Below, one piece after another: positions 13,776 through 25,807 of a DNA stretch of 64,000 bases. Every line of letters begins with the position of its first letter. The stretch's first letter is position 1. The translations under genes were made by a program, and so were the position numbers. The DNA is from Azolla caroliniana (lineage: Eukaryota; Plantae; Polypodiophyta), in assembly GCA_043228905.1 (NCBI GenBank), contig JBHGNT010000013.1, positions 7,564,001 through 7,628,000 on the forward strand, in the 5' to 3' direction. The notes beneath the pieces were generated by a model. That model did no database searches. It saw only the letters and a program-made list of their open reading frames with translations, and was not told the DNA's origin.

Positions 13776-14664
13776 ACGCATTCTCATTGGGAAGTGTGGC
13801 GATTGCGTTGTCGTGATGTGGCGTGCTCAAAAGTGGGCAAAACCGGCGAAAGGGGGAGGCTAAAAAATGTGAATGTGCAATGTGTGTGCACACAAAAGCG
13901 ATTAGTTGTGCATATTCAAAATAAAAGGGAAAAGAAAGAGTGGAAAGGATGCATAGAAGCCCGTGCAAAAAGTAAGAGAGAAGAGAGATAAAATGTAAAG
14001 AGATAGGCTAAGAATTTATAGAGATAGAATTATATATTATATAAGAGAGAGTTAGTGAGCTAGTGGATAGTCACATTGACTACTAGTTAGAGGTGCACGG
14101 TTTGAATCTAGACTTATAGTGCATCGTGATTTAAGGATTTTTATTCCTTTTTCATTGAAGACAAATTTGGCGACCCCCCCTTCTTTTTTTCCTATAAAAG
14201 GAGGTCGAGGGGGGCTCATTCGAGAGGACGTTTTGGGAGGAGGACACTATCGCCAATTTTCCATCGAAGCTCTTCATCTTCTTATTCACCACTTCTCTTC
14301 ATCTCATACCCCTTCATCCCCCTATCGCCACGTGCTCGTCTTCTTCGCGTCGGCACTCGAAGTTCTCGTGAGCCCAAGCTTCGTTGCTTCGCCACGTTCG
14401 TCGTTGCGAGCCCGTGTGCTCGCCGTTCGGGTGGTTGTGGTTCGTTGGGATTGGCATTTCGGTGGTGCTCATGTGTTCATCTTCGCCGTGTTCGGATTTT
14501 CTTTTGTCTCTAAGGGCATTTAATATTTATGTTTTGATTGAGCTTGTGGTTAACTATAAGTTGCCATTGTAAACAAAACCCTATTTTATAAAGGGTCCTC
14601 TTGCGTTGGAATCAAACACGTATTTATCTCTTTGGTCGATATCATTCGTGTTTCTTTCTCTCCT

Positions 14665-15300
14665 TCTTTCTTTATTCGTGTCTTCCTTGTACGTTTGGCC
14701 GTCTTATGATGAGGGAGCGTTTTGGGCATGCCCATGCACCTCTCCTCCTCATAAAGACGTACGCGCATTTGTGCGTGTGTTTGTGTCTTCCGTGTACGTT
14801 CGGCCGTCTTGTAACGAGGGACCGTTTCAGGCTTGCCCATGCACCTCTCCTCCTCATAAAGGCATACGAGCATTTTGTGCGTGTGTTTGTGTCTTTCTTG
14901 TACGTTCGGCCATCTTGTGACGAGGGGACCGTTCGAGCTTGCCCATGCACCTCTCCTCATAAAGGCGTACGAGCATTTGTGTGTGTGTTTGTGTCTTCCT
15001 TGTACGTCCGGCCGTCTTGTGACGAGGGAGCGTTTTGGGCGTGTCCATGCACCTCTCCTCCTCATAAAGACGTACGAGCATTTGTCTGTGTGTTTGTGTC
15101 TTCCTTGTACGTTCGGCCGTCTTGTGATGAGGGACCGTTTCGGGCTTGCCCATGCACCTCTCCTCCTCATAAAGGCGTACGAGCATTTTGTGCGTGTGTT
15201 TGTGTCTTCCTTGTACGTTCGGTTGTCTCGTGACGAGGGAGCGTTCGGGCTTGCACATGCACCTCTCCTCCTCATAAAGGCGTATGAGCATTCGTGTTTG
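14665..15300. repeat. About 105-bp tandem array (6 units) in the 5' LTR of gypsy C
   Basis: CATGCACCTCTCCTC(CTC)ATAAAG recurs near 14733, 14838, 14944, 15046, 15151 and 15257. Confidence 0.95.
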
Positions 15301-15606
15301 TGTTATCGTCCCCTTGTGTGTTCATGTTGCGTGCCCATCTTGCTTGTACCCGTTTAGTCACTTGGCTCGTGCAGTGATCTGGAAAGGTCGACGAGTCGTG
15401 ATCAACGAGAGCCACCGGCTTCACAAAACAAAGGGCAACGAAACCTTGCTCGGGAAAGGGTCGGGAAGTAGTATTGTCGTAAACCAAACCTCAGGTCTTC
15501 TCTATCCCTTGAGTACTCCCTAGTCCAAGACCCCCGTGGTCCCGCCCAAGTAACACACGTGCGCGAAACTTCGCGACATAAATTGGTGAACCCGATGTGA
15601 ACCAAG

Positions 15607-17744
15607 ATGCGAGGAGGAGAACTCGTTGAAGCGATGGCGGCTGCGGTGGACCGCTTGGTAAATGCCCGAGAAGGCATCACCGGCCTAGACCGGGCCATAG
15701 AGACGGTGGTCAGCACAACGGGTCGGTTCAATGGAAGAGATATCACGAGCTACTTGGATGCCTATAAGGCCGAAATGCTTATGCGAAACGTCCCTGAAGA
15801 TAGGCGGCTAACTGGATTCGCTAGTGTGGTAACGCCGAGTATCCACGTAGAGGTACTCGAGATACAAGCGGATTGTTGCAATTGGGTGGAGTTCGAAGAA
15901 AGACTCCTCGAGAAGTATGGCCTTGATGACTCACTCAGAATTTCGAAAAGGGATCTAATGGAGTGGGTTGAGCTTCCCGGCAAGGGGAGAAATACTATGG
16001 TACTTTTACAAGAATTTCAGAAGCGCTTCGCGCGACTCTTGGCTCTCGATAGGATGGTGCTTGACACAAGCAAGGTTCTACTATTCATAAAGACTGTTGT
16101 TGCACGAGACCGAGAGAAGGTGGGGTCCCTCCTCGAAACTGATGATGGGCTCACGACGGATTGGGCTATGGTAAAACGGGTTTGTAGCTGCTTCGATAAG
16201 AGAAGGGAATGGAACGACTGGTCTCCGTTGAGCGGCCAAACATCCACAGGCTCCATTAGTGAGACACATGAACCCAAGGGTGGTAGAATACCTCAAGAAA
16301 GAGAGCAAGCAAATGCAAGGTTCGTCCCAGAGAGAAACGTGGTTGAAGCACTGTCGGGAGGGTCAGCAATAGACGAGCTCACAAAGATGGTGCGAGATCT
16401 CCAAATAGCGCAAGCTAGGAGAGAGAGTGGTGGCCCTCAAGATCGACGTCCCCCGTTCACGCAAAGATGTATGTGGTGCGACAACCCCGACCACCTACGA
16501 AGGGAGTGTGGAGACTTTCAAGAGGCCCTAAGAAAGGATATTGTCTATCTTTGGAACAATAGGGTCTATTCGATGGAGACAAGGCGCCCCTTGGGATTGA
16601 ATCAAGGCCGAGGGGGCATGAGAAGGCTAATGGAGGAGGCCGAAGCACGACATGTTGAAGCCGTCCACTACTCGGCGTCAGCTAGGATCCGAGTGGGGAA
16701 AGAGGTGAGGAGCCAAGAGGAGAAAGAGTTTGACTTTTGGTTGTCAATCCTTGGAAGCCTCTCTAAGTGGAAGTTCAAAAGAGAAGAAGTAGACGAAGCG
16801 GAAAAAAGGGTCCAAGAAGCAACCGGGTGGAAGGATCTGGTGGAAGAAAAGACAGGCTTAGTGGAAGCTGCTTGCCAAAACTACGAAGTAATGGTAGAAG
16901 AGAAGAAGGTAGGAAATGACGAGGGAGCCGGTCCATCAAGGAAATATGACGCTCGAGGTGCACAAAGAAGGGAAGAGCAGAACCAATCTCAAGCACGCGA
17001 CGAAAGATGGAAAGAGAAGGGGAACGCCCCCAACTTCAAGCTTTGCTCAGAGATCGAACAAGCAACGGACTTGAAGAAGGTAGTGGAGGAGAGGATCCTC
17101 GATAGTCACGTAGAGTTTACTCTGCGAGAGGTCCTCGGAATTGCCAAGAAAGAATTCCATGAGGTCATCATCGACCTAATGAAGAGGAATCGGCTCTCGA
17201 TGAAGCAAGAAGTGGCAAAGCCCGCGATTGTAAATGCATTGTCAATTGAGGTTCCCGAGGAAGACGGAGACTAAGTGGACAGTCACTACACGAGGCCGCA
17301 TTGGGCGAGAGCGACAACGGAGACACCGGTACGGGTCGGAGATGTAAAAGAGCCGGTTGTAGCATTGATCGACCATGGCTCTGAGATCAACCTTATGTCC
17401 ATGGACTTTTATAAAAAGGGAAAGTGGTCGATCAACACGAAGCACGGGTGGAAGATTAGAGCGGCGACTCGAGCAACCGAGGAGCTATACGGGGCTTGCC
17501 AGAATGTACGTGTGAAGGTGGGGGACGTAGAAATAGATCAACATTTCTTTGTTCAAGAGACGTCCTCGCACCCGATCATCTTGGGTGAACCATACATCAT
17601 GGCGGCTCGCATGGAGACGAAGGTGCTAGATATGCGAGGGTCAAGAGCCAAGATGGGAAGCATTCAGTCCAATTCCTTACGGTGAGGCTCAACCATGAGC
17701 GCAATCGAGCCTCCCTCAAAGGGGATAGCCGAGAGGATTTTTGA
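15607..17744 (+). pseudogene. Gypsy C Gag-protease
   Basis: 555-aa ORF with a CMWCDNPDHLRREC zinc knuckle. In-frame stop at 17272, then protease VALIDHGSEINLMS. The tail ends in EDF* at 17744. Confidence 0.88.
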
Positions 17745-20700
17745 TTCGGGCTATTAAAGAGTGGGGCCGCAATAGCCCGAGGCAAACTAAGACCCTAAAC
17801 CCTTGTAAAACTATTAAATGTAATAGGAAACAATTTTGGTTCTCCGAAAATGGAGCTTGTAAAATTACTAGTTTAAGTGATAGAGATAAGTCTAGGGCCA
17901 AGAGATACGAAAGGTATCTCAAACAATGTAATTTATTGGGGGAAGATGACACCATAAGCGGCGCCATGGAGGCGGTCTCGTTCGACGACACTCTCAGAGA
18001 GATAGAGAGGGTAGTCGTTTCGGGCCTCAATGAAGACAAGGTAATTCCAGTCAACTCAGTTGACATGTACACCGCCATCGAAGAGCTTGGGCGGTTGATT
18101 GAGGAAACGAGGACGGTCAAGGTGCAAACAAAGTACAAGACTGTGGACAAGAAGGTGAAGCTTGTGGCTGCCCCATTGCCTAACGATAGTTGGGATCGGA
18201 TAAAGGGGGTAGCGGTTGATCCTAGCTTGCGGGACCCACGAGGCATAGGGCACCGGTTCACTGACGAGACGCGACAGAAGTTCCGGATTGGTGGGGGTGG
18301 CTTCCTATTGCCTAGGGAGGAGGAAAGATTTAGAAGGATGATCGAAAGCCACGGAAGGGATTTCGCCTTCTCGTCGGGTGAGATAGGGTGTGTAAACCCT
18401 AAGATCGTGGAGCCAATGGTGATCTTTACGGTGCCGCATGTACCGTGGAACATCAAGCCAATCCCCGTTCCGAGAGCGCACATCCCGAAGTTGATTGAGC
18501 TACTCAAGGAAAAGATCGAGATGGGTATCCTCGAGCCATCAAGCGCCCCATACTCGAATCGGTGGTTCACTATGCCAAAGAAGAACGGCACATTACGCTT
18601 CATCCAAGACCTACAACCTGTTAATCAAGTGACAATTCGAAATGCCGCGGTCGGACCGAGTGTTGACGAATTCGCCAAGGCCTTCGCTGGAAGGTCTATT
18701 TATTCGATCGGTGATCTATACTCGGGGTATGATCAATTCCAACTAACTATGGAGAGTAGGGACATCACAATGATGCGGACCCCTATCGGCCTAGTGTGAA
18801 TGTGTACCTTGCCACAAGGAGGCACTAACTCTGTAGCCCACATGGTAAATGCAATGAACAAGGTATTGAGAGATTGCATCCCCGACATCACCATGTCGTT
18901 CCTCGATGACATCCCCATAAAAGGGTGCTCTGAAGCGGAGAAAGATGAAACCTTGGACGAGGATGGGTGCAGATGTTCTGTGTCATATCACATCTCCGAT
19001 TGTGAGAAGGTTCTACAAAGACTCGAAGATGCACGCTTGACCTTCTCGGGTGAGAAATCGGCATTCGGCCAACCGGAGATCCTTGTGGTGAGACACTTGT
19101 GCGGGGCATACGAACGGAAGCCATCCCCGGCAAAGGTGGACGCCATCACAGACATGAGGGAAGAATGTAAATCGCAAACAGAGGTGAGGCGATTTCTTGG
19201 TGCCTGTGCATTCTACCACATCTGGATCCCGCACTATGCTCACCTAACCGAGCCCTTGTATGGGCTACTCAAGAAGGGGCGGAAGTTCAAGTGGGAGGAA
19301 GAGCACACAGAGGCAATGAAGAGGCTCAAAGGAATGTTGGTAGCAGCACCAGCTTTACGAAAAGCCGTATACAAGGAAGGGGTGCCCATCTACGTGACGG
19401 TAGATACGAGTCCAACAGGGATCGGATGGGTCATAAACCAAGAAGGAGAGGATGGTACACGCTACGCCATCCGGTTCGTAGCCAAGGTCTTAAGAGACCG
19501 ACAACAAGGATACGCCCAAGTAAAACGTGAGCTTTGGGGTATTGTGTCCGTAGTAAAGGCAGATAAAGATTACCTAATCAGGTCAGAGGTGGTAATAAAG
19601 ATGGATTGCCTTCCAATCCTAGGGATGGTTTCGGGATGTGCAACACCTGACCTAGCTATGCTAAGGTGGATTGCTTACATAATATCAATGAACCCGGAGA
19701 TTCACCACATTTCAGGGAAGAACAATGCCCTGGCAAATATGCTATCGAGGGCAAGATTCGAGGACGAAAGTGACATGGTGTCTGAAGATCAGGATGCCGC
19801 TCTTGACTTCTTTAAGATGGCCCAAGCGTCTATAGATGATCGAGATGTGCGAGTACTCCACGCCTTCAACGAAAGTGAATACAAAGGGGAGTGGCTACAC
19901 ATTGGCAAGTTCTTAAGCTCAATGACGGTGGATAGTTCATGGTCGAAGCAAGAAGCACAGAGAGTCCGAAAGAAAGTGTACAAGTACTTCCTAAGAGGGG
20001 GATTCCTCTGGAGGCACCCGAAGAGAAGGACGGGGACGCCACAACGAGTGGTCATAAAGGAAGAAGACCAGACAACATTGGTATCTTAGTTCCACGAGAG
20101 TCCTTGGGCGGGCCATAGAGGAATGTGGGCAACATTTGAGAAGTTAAAGGAGAAGTATTGGTGGCCGAGAATGTACAAGGATGTCGCCCATTTCGTGGGG
20201 ACGTGTGAAAGCTGCTAGATACACTCCAACATACGCCATAGGTACGAGTTGCACCCCACCTACCCACTCACCATACACTTCAAATGGATGGTGGATTTGG
20301 TTTCGATGCCGATGGGAGTGGGCCAAGTGAAATATTTGGTGCTAGCAAGAGAAGACCTAACAAACCAAGTAGAAGGGCGAGCCTTAGCAAACAAAATGAC
20401 GGCGGGGGTGTGTAAATTCTTACTCAAGGATGTCATTTGCCGGTATGGATGTGTGGGAAAGATAGTGGCCGACAGAGGAGAGCTGAACGCTCACGAAGCT
20501 ATAGAGCTCTTTGACCGACTTGGAGTGAAGCTCTCTCTCACGACCGCTTATAACCCGGAGGCTAATGGAAAGATAGAACGAGGACATGAGCCTATCGTAA
20601 AAACCATTGTACAAGCTTTTGATGGGTGAGTCGGGAATTGGCCTCGGTTACTACCTTATGCCTTGTGGGCCGATAGAACAACTCATAACTCAGTTACAGG

Positions 20701-21241
20701 TTTCATGCCAACTGAACTCATGTACGGACAAAAGTCGGTGATGCCCATTGAAGACATGATCGCTTCATGGGTAGTGATGTCGTGGGAAAACGAGATGAGT
20801 CGAGAAGAGCTTCTAGCCACAAGGATAAGGCAACTTTAGAGAAGAACCGAAGACTTGGAGTTGGCAAAGGAGAGGTTAGAAGCGGCTAGGCTAAGTAACA
20901 AAGCTTAATTCGACAAGACACACCGACTACGCCCTCGGAAGATCGAAGAAGGAGACTGGGTGATTGTTTATGATAGTAGTCTCGACAATCAACATAGCTC
21001 AATGCGGAAATTCTCAAAGTGATGGTTCGGGCTGTACGTGGTAACGAGTGCAAACGATAATGCTACCTACCACCTTACTGAACTCGATGGGACTAAGCTG
21101 GCAGTACCAATAGCAGGGAAGCGGGTCAAAATCTTCAAAAAGAGACACGATAGGGAGCCAAACCTCGATGACCTTGACGAAGATAAAGGCAAGCAAACAA
21201 CAAGCCGTGAGGTCAATGAGGAGGAGGAAATGAACTATTGA
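17741..21241 (+). pseudogene. Gypsy C pol: RT, RNase H, integrase (with stops)
   Basis: YKTVDKKVK, LRFIQDLQPVN, DLYSGYDQF, FLDD, VTVDTS, ELWG, H-H-C-C zinc finger, VADRG, YNPEANG and a GPY-like C-terminus. Confidence 0.93.
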
Positions 21242-21692
21242 CCACCCTCAGCCCGCCATTCTTGGCACATACCAGAGGATGTGCAATTTGGTGGGGGTGG
21301 ATGTCGTGATGTGGCGTGCTCGAGAGTGGGAAAACCGGCGAAAGGGGGGGGATCAAAAATGTGCATGTGCAATGTGTGTGCACACAAAAGCGATTAGTTG
21401 TGCATATTCAAAATAAAAGGGAAAAGAAAGAGTGGAAAGGATGCATAGAAGCCCGTGCAAAAAGTAAGAGAGAAGAGAGATCAAATGTAAAGAGATAGGC
21501 TAAGAATTTATAGAGATAGAATTATATATTATATAAGAGAGAGTTAGTGGGCTAGTGGATAGTCACATTGACTACTAGTTAGAGGTGCACGGTTTGAATC
21601 TAGACTTATAGTGCAGCGTGATTTAAGGATTTTTATTCCTTTTTCATTGAAGACAAATTTGGCGACCCCCCTTCTTTTTTTCCTATAAAAGG

Positions 21693-22136
21693 TGTCAGGA
21701 ATAGCAGAGATGGAATTAGTACTAAGAAGAGCAGTACCTATTAGTACTAAGAGGACGAGACTGCGTAAGATTCCCGAGAGAGGAAGTGAGAAGAGGAGAG
21801 AGAGAGAGAGAGATAGCGAGGATGAGAGAGAGAGAAAGATGATGACAATAGCTACTATATTATGTGAAAAGATAAGTACAAAGCGGCTAAGAGGCTTAAG
21901 ACTGGCGTTGAACCAATTTGGTTCAACATAATGTCTAGTGCCTTCTTTTATAGTGTTGTCAGGAGTAATCCTGAAACTTCTAGAATGTTCCAGAGAAATC
22001 TGGAATATACATTACTTTCTTATAATAAAACATAAATGAAAATAATATCCTATGAATTACAATAGATGGTGTGATGGTTAAGAGCTCGACCCATATACCA
22101 TAAGGTCATGGGTTCGAGTCTTGCCATATCATGACA
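21693..22136 (-). mobile_element. Solo LTR (444 bp) inserted in the 3' LTR of gypsy C
   Basis: TGTCA...TGACA termini and 5-bp TSD AAAGG. Absent from the 5' LTR. A related copy lies at 58838. Confidence 0.9.
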
Positions 22137-22624
22137 AAAGGAGGTCAAGGGGGGCTCATTTGGGAGGACGTTTTGGGAGGAGGAGATTATCGCCAATTTT
22201 CCTTCGAAGCTCTTCATCTTCTTATTCACCACTTCTCTCATCTCATACCCCTTCATCCCCCCATCGCCACGTGGTCATCTTCTTCGTGTCGGCACTCGAA
22301 GTGCTCGTGAGCCCAAGCTTCGTTGGTTCGACGTTGCTCCGCCCCATTTGTCGTTGCGAGCCTGTGTGCTCGCCGTTCGGGTGGTCGTGATTTGTTGGGA
22401 TTGGCATTTCGGTGGTGCTCATGTGTTCATCTTCGTCGTGTTTGGATTTGCTTTTGTCTCTAAGGGCATTTAATATTTATGTTTTGATTGAGCTTGTGGT
22501 TAACTATAAGTTGCCATTGTAAACAAAACCCTATTTTATAAAGGGTCCTCTTGCGTTGGAATCAAACATGTATTTATCTCTTTGGTCAATATCATTCCTG
22601 TTTCTTTCTCTCCTTCTTTCTTTA

Positions 22625-23150
22625 TTCGTGTCTTCCTTGTACGTTTGGTCGTCTTATGACGAGGGACGTTTCGGGCGTGCCCATGCACCTCTCCTCCTCA
22701 TAAAGACGTACAAGCATTTGTGTGTGTGTTTGTGTCTTCTGTGTAAGTTCGGTCGTCTTGTGACGAGGGACCGTTTCGGGCTTGCCCATGCACCTCTCCT
22801 CCTCATAAAGGCGTACGAGCATTTTGTGCGTGTGTTTGTGTCTTTCTTGTACGTTCGGCCGTCTTGTGACGAGGGGACCATTCGAGCTTGCCCATGCACC
22901 TCTCCTCCTCATAAAGGCGTACGAGCATTTTGTGCGTGTGTTTGTGTCTTCCTTGTACGTCCGGCCGTCTTGTGACGAGGGAGCGTTTTGGGCGTGCCCA
23001 TGCACCTCTCCTCCTCATAAAGACGTACGAGCATTTGTGTGTGTGTTTGTGTCTTCCGTGTACGTTCGGCCATCTTGTGACGAGGGACCGTTTCAGGCTT
23101 GCCCATGCACCTCTCCTCCTCATAAAGACGTACGGACATTGGTGTTTGTG
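22625..23150. repeat. About 105-bp tandem array (5 units) in the 3' LTR of gypsy C
   Basis: Same unit as 14665-15300, with one unit fewer. Confidence 0.92.
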
Positions 23151-23430
23151 TTATCATCCCCTTGTGCGTTCATGTTGCGTGCTCATCTTGCTTGTACCCG
23201 TTTGGTCACTTAGCTCGTGCAGTGATCTCGAAAGGTCGACGGGTCATGATCAACGAGAGCCATCGGCCTCACAAAACAAAGGGCAATGAGACCTTGCTCG
23301 AGAAGGGGTCGGGAAGTAGTATTGTCGTAAAGCAAACCTCGGGTCTTCTCTATCCCTTGAGTACTCCCTAGTCCAAGACCCTCATGGTCCCGCCCAAGTA
23401 ACACATGTGCACGAAACTTCGCGGCAGCGT

Positions 23431-23812
23431 GGAGCAGTAAGAAGCAGCTGACAGTAGCATTGTCGAGCACCGAGGCCAAATATCAAGGGGCGACTATCGC
23501 TATGTGTGAAGTCATTTGGCTGAAACGGCTATTACGGGATCTGCACGTAGAGGTGTCAGATCCAACGATGATCTACTACAACAAACTCAACAGCATACAC
23601 CTTGCGGAAAACCTTGTATTCCACGCTCGGACGAAGCACATTGAGGTGCATTACCACTTTGTCCGCGAGTGTGTTCTTTCTGGTGAAGTCGAACTAGCGT
23701 ATGTTCCAACGGGTCGGTAGATTGCCGACATCTTCACCAAGCCCCTTGGTCTCGACAAGTTACGACATTTCTCAGTTGAGCTGGGTTTGTCGCACCTCGA
23801 CACGCCGAGCTA
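23431..23812 (+). pseudogene. Remainder of copia A RNase H
   Basis: SSKKQLTVALSSTEAKY...TKHIEVHYHFVRE...ADIFTKPL. Joins in frame to SRYAFSLGSVAIAW once elements B and C are removed. Confidence 0.92.
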
Positions 23813-23933
23813 GAGGGGGAGACAAGAACAAGAACATGAGCGTGAAAGGAGTAGTAGTAACCATGATGCCAAATCGAATGAAGAATTCAATTTCGGGCCG
23901 ATTGAAGAAGCCGAAGAAGAAAACAGGGGCCGT

Positions 23934-24924
23934 TGTCGTGAAGATTTTCGGCAATGGTGTGAAAATTGCAAGGAACATACAAAATCGAGTGTGGTTCTTC
24001 ACACACAATATGAAACAATAATAATAAAGATACTATTTTAGATTAGTTTAATATCTTGGTACAAAAAGATAGATGTCTTCAAGAGCTTCCGAATGTATTT
24101 TACTACATGTGAAACGGACAACTTAGTGTCAAGTTCTGTGAGTGTGAAGTTTGAGAAGAAGAAGAGGAAAACAAAACTGTGAGATATCCCACATAGATAG
24201 GACACCATCAAGATTCAAGAGTATATAACTAGAGCCATATCTCTTTATATTTTGTCTATGTGTTAGGAGCACAAAAAACTTAGGTTGTATATCTTGGACG
24301 AATGGATGTGGCCAAGTTGTTCAAAATGGTTTTGGAGAACTGGAACCAGAACTGACGGCGACGGAACTAAAACCGGAACAGCGGATCAATCGGGTTGATC
24401 GGATAGGTTGATCATGATGCACGGTATCTTGAAGATTTTAGTGTGAAACGAAAAAGCTAAATCATTCCTTTGAGTTATATTTTTGTCATTATACTTTCAC
24501 ATGTAAATTCTCATACATGAGAGCTTGAATGAGTGACATGGTTATCATGCAACACATGTCATTGCATGCATGTCTTGCACCCTCACATGCATCATATGCA
24601 TGGGGGCATCTATAAAAGAGGGGAGGAGGAAGAAAAACAGGGCTATGTATGAATCAAGAATTTAATAAGAAGAAAATTCGTTATCCAATTGATGATATAT
24701 CTTGTTCCTCAAATCTAAAGTCAAGGGTTCATTCTTAATCTCTCTCTCCATTTCAATCTCTCTCAATCTAAAGTCAAGTGTTCTATCTTATCTCAATGTC
24801 TCTCTCTTTCAATCTATCTTAAATACTTTCTCGCTAAAGCTAGTGCAAACTTCGAATCGTTCCAATCCAGAACCCCGGCAGTTCTGCCTCACGATCCACA
24901 CGTAGTGACGGATTTTTCACAACA
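23934..24924 (+). mobile_element. Gypsy-type solo LTR in the copia A 3' UTR
   Basis: TGTCGTGAAGATTTT...TTCACAACA termini, the same start as the element E LTR. Flanks CCGT/TCGT. CTATAAAA box at ~24610. Confidence 0.8.
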
Positions 24925-25631
24925 TCGTAATCGCAAGGAAGAGCCGAAGGCAGTCAAACAAAGGGGAAACAAAGCCAAGAAAGGCATAAAGGCCAAGACT
25001 AAGACATGGTTGAACGTAGTTAAGGGCATGAAGACAAAAGACAAATTGGAGACAGCCAATTCGGGTGAAAGTGGGAATGAATCAAAAATGTTCGATTCAG
25101 ATACGTCGAATCAACTGAGGGCCAAGCTGAGAAAAGGGCACCGAAAGAAGCGTCAACACCACAACAACAAAGGAGCTGAGAAAGGCCGCATGAGCAAACA
25201 AGCCGACCGGAAGGGTCGAAGCGCATGAAATCGAACAAGTCGAGGAGCGTGAGCGAGGCGTGAAGCCAAGAGAGGCCGGAGCGAAGATCTGGAAAAGCAT
25301 ATGGAACATCAAGTTGAGCTTGAGGGGGAGTGTTGAGAGACAAGCTCAACATTGGGAGCATAAACGAGTGCGTAACCCAATGTGTAGACTGGGTGCGTAA
25401 AACCGTGCGCAAAATATGGTCGTAGCGGTATGTAAACCGAGAGGCCGTTAGAATGTTATTCCTCGTAGGAATAATTTTGGGGGTAACTGTAGGATGCTCA
25501 TTTATGAGTAGTCAGGTACTGTAAGTACTTGTGTCAGCTCGATAGTCAGGGCTTGTGTAAAAGGTGCTCATTGAGCACCAAGTATGTACAGAGAACATAC
25601 AAAAAATTATTGTGAATATAGTTACGTTTCT

Positions 25632-25705
<74 letters not shown>

Positions 25706-25807
25706 CCTTCTCTGTGTTTTCTGTATTTTATCGAACTGTCGTAATTCCGAACCATGTACTCAGTGTCTTACGCATACGCTTCCGCACACGTATTCTTTTA
25801 CAATCCT

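Larger units (their letters stand above)
13809..23426 (+). mobile_element. Full-length Ty3/gypsy element C (non-chromovirus, Phygy/Ylt1-like by inference), degenerate
   Basis: LTRs 13809-15578 and 21302-23426. 4-bp TSD GCGT. PBS TGGTGAACCCGATGTGA at 15584. PPT at 21287-21301. Order gag-PR-RT-RH-IN. No chromodomain visible. Confidence 0.95.
5807..25802 (+). mobile_element. Full-length Ty1/copia element A (degenerate), expanded by nested insertions
   Basis: LTRs 5807-6238 and 25331-25802 (TGTTGAGAGACAAGC...TTTTACA). 5-bp TSD ATCCT on both sides. PBS TGGTATCAGAGC at 6239. PPT TGAGGGGGAG at 25321. Domain order gag-PR-IN-RT-RH. Confidence 0.97.

Noticed and set aside
14665-15300. CRISPR-like array, or repeat-protein ORFs in all frames
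   Set aside because: The units are wholly repeated with no unique spacers and there are no cas genes. The ORFs arise from a stop-poor 105-bp unit inside an LTR.
21038-21241. Chromodomain at the integrase C-terminus
   Set aside because: The ORF ends in a short acidic tail soon after the GPY/F-like module, with no aromatic-cage pattern.
22064-22130. Genuine tRNA gene
   Set aside because: Only the A/B boxes and a T-arm-like stem are evident. There is no convincing acceptor or anticodon stem, so it is reported as a tRNA-like module instead.
24905-25228. Env-like or extra ORF in the copia A 3' UTR
   Set aside because: Short, Lys/Arg-rich, no transmembrane segment, and its start lies inside an inserted solo LTR.
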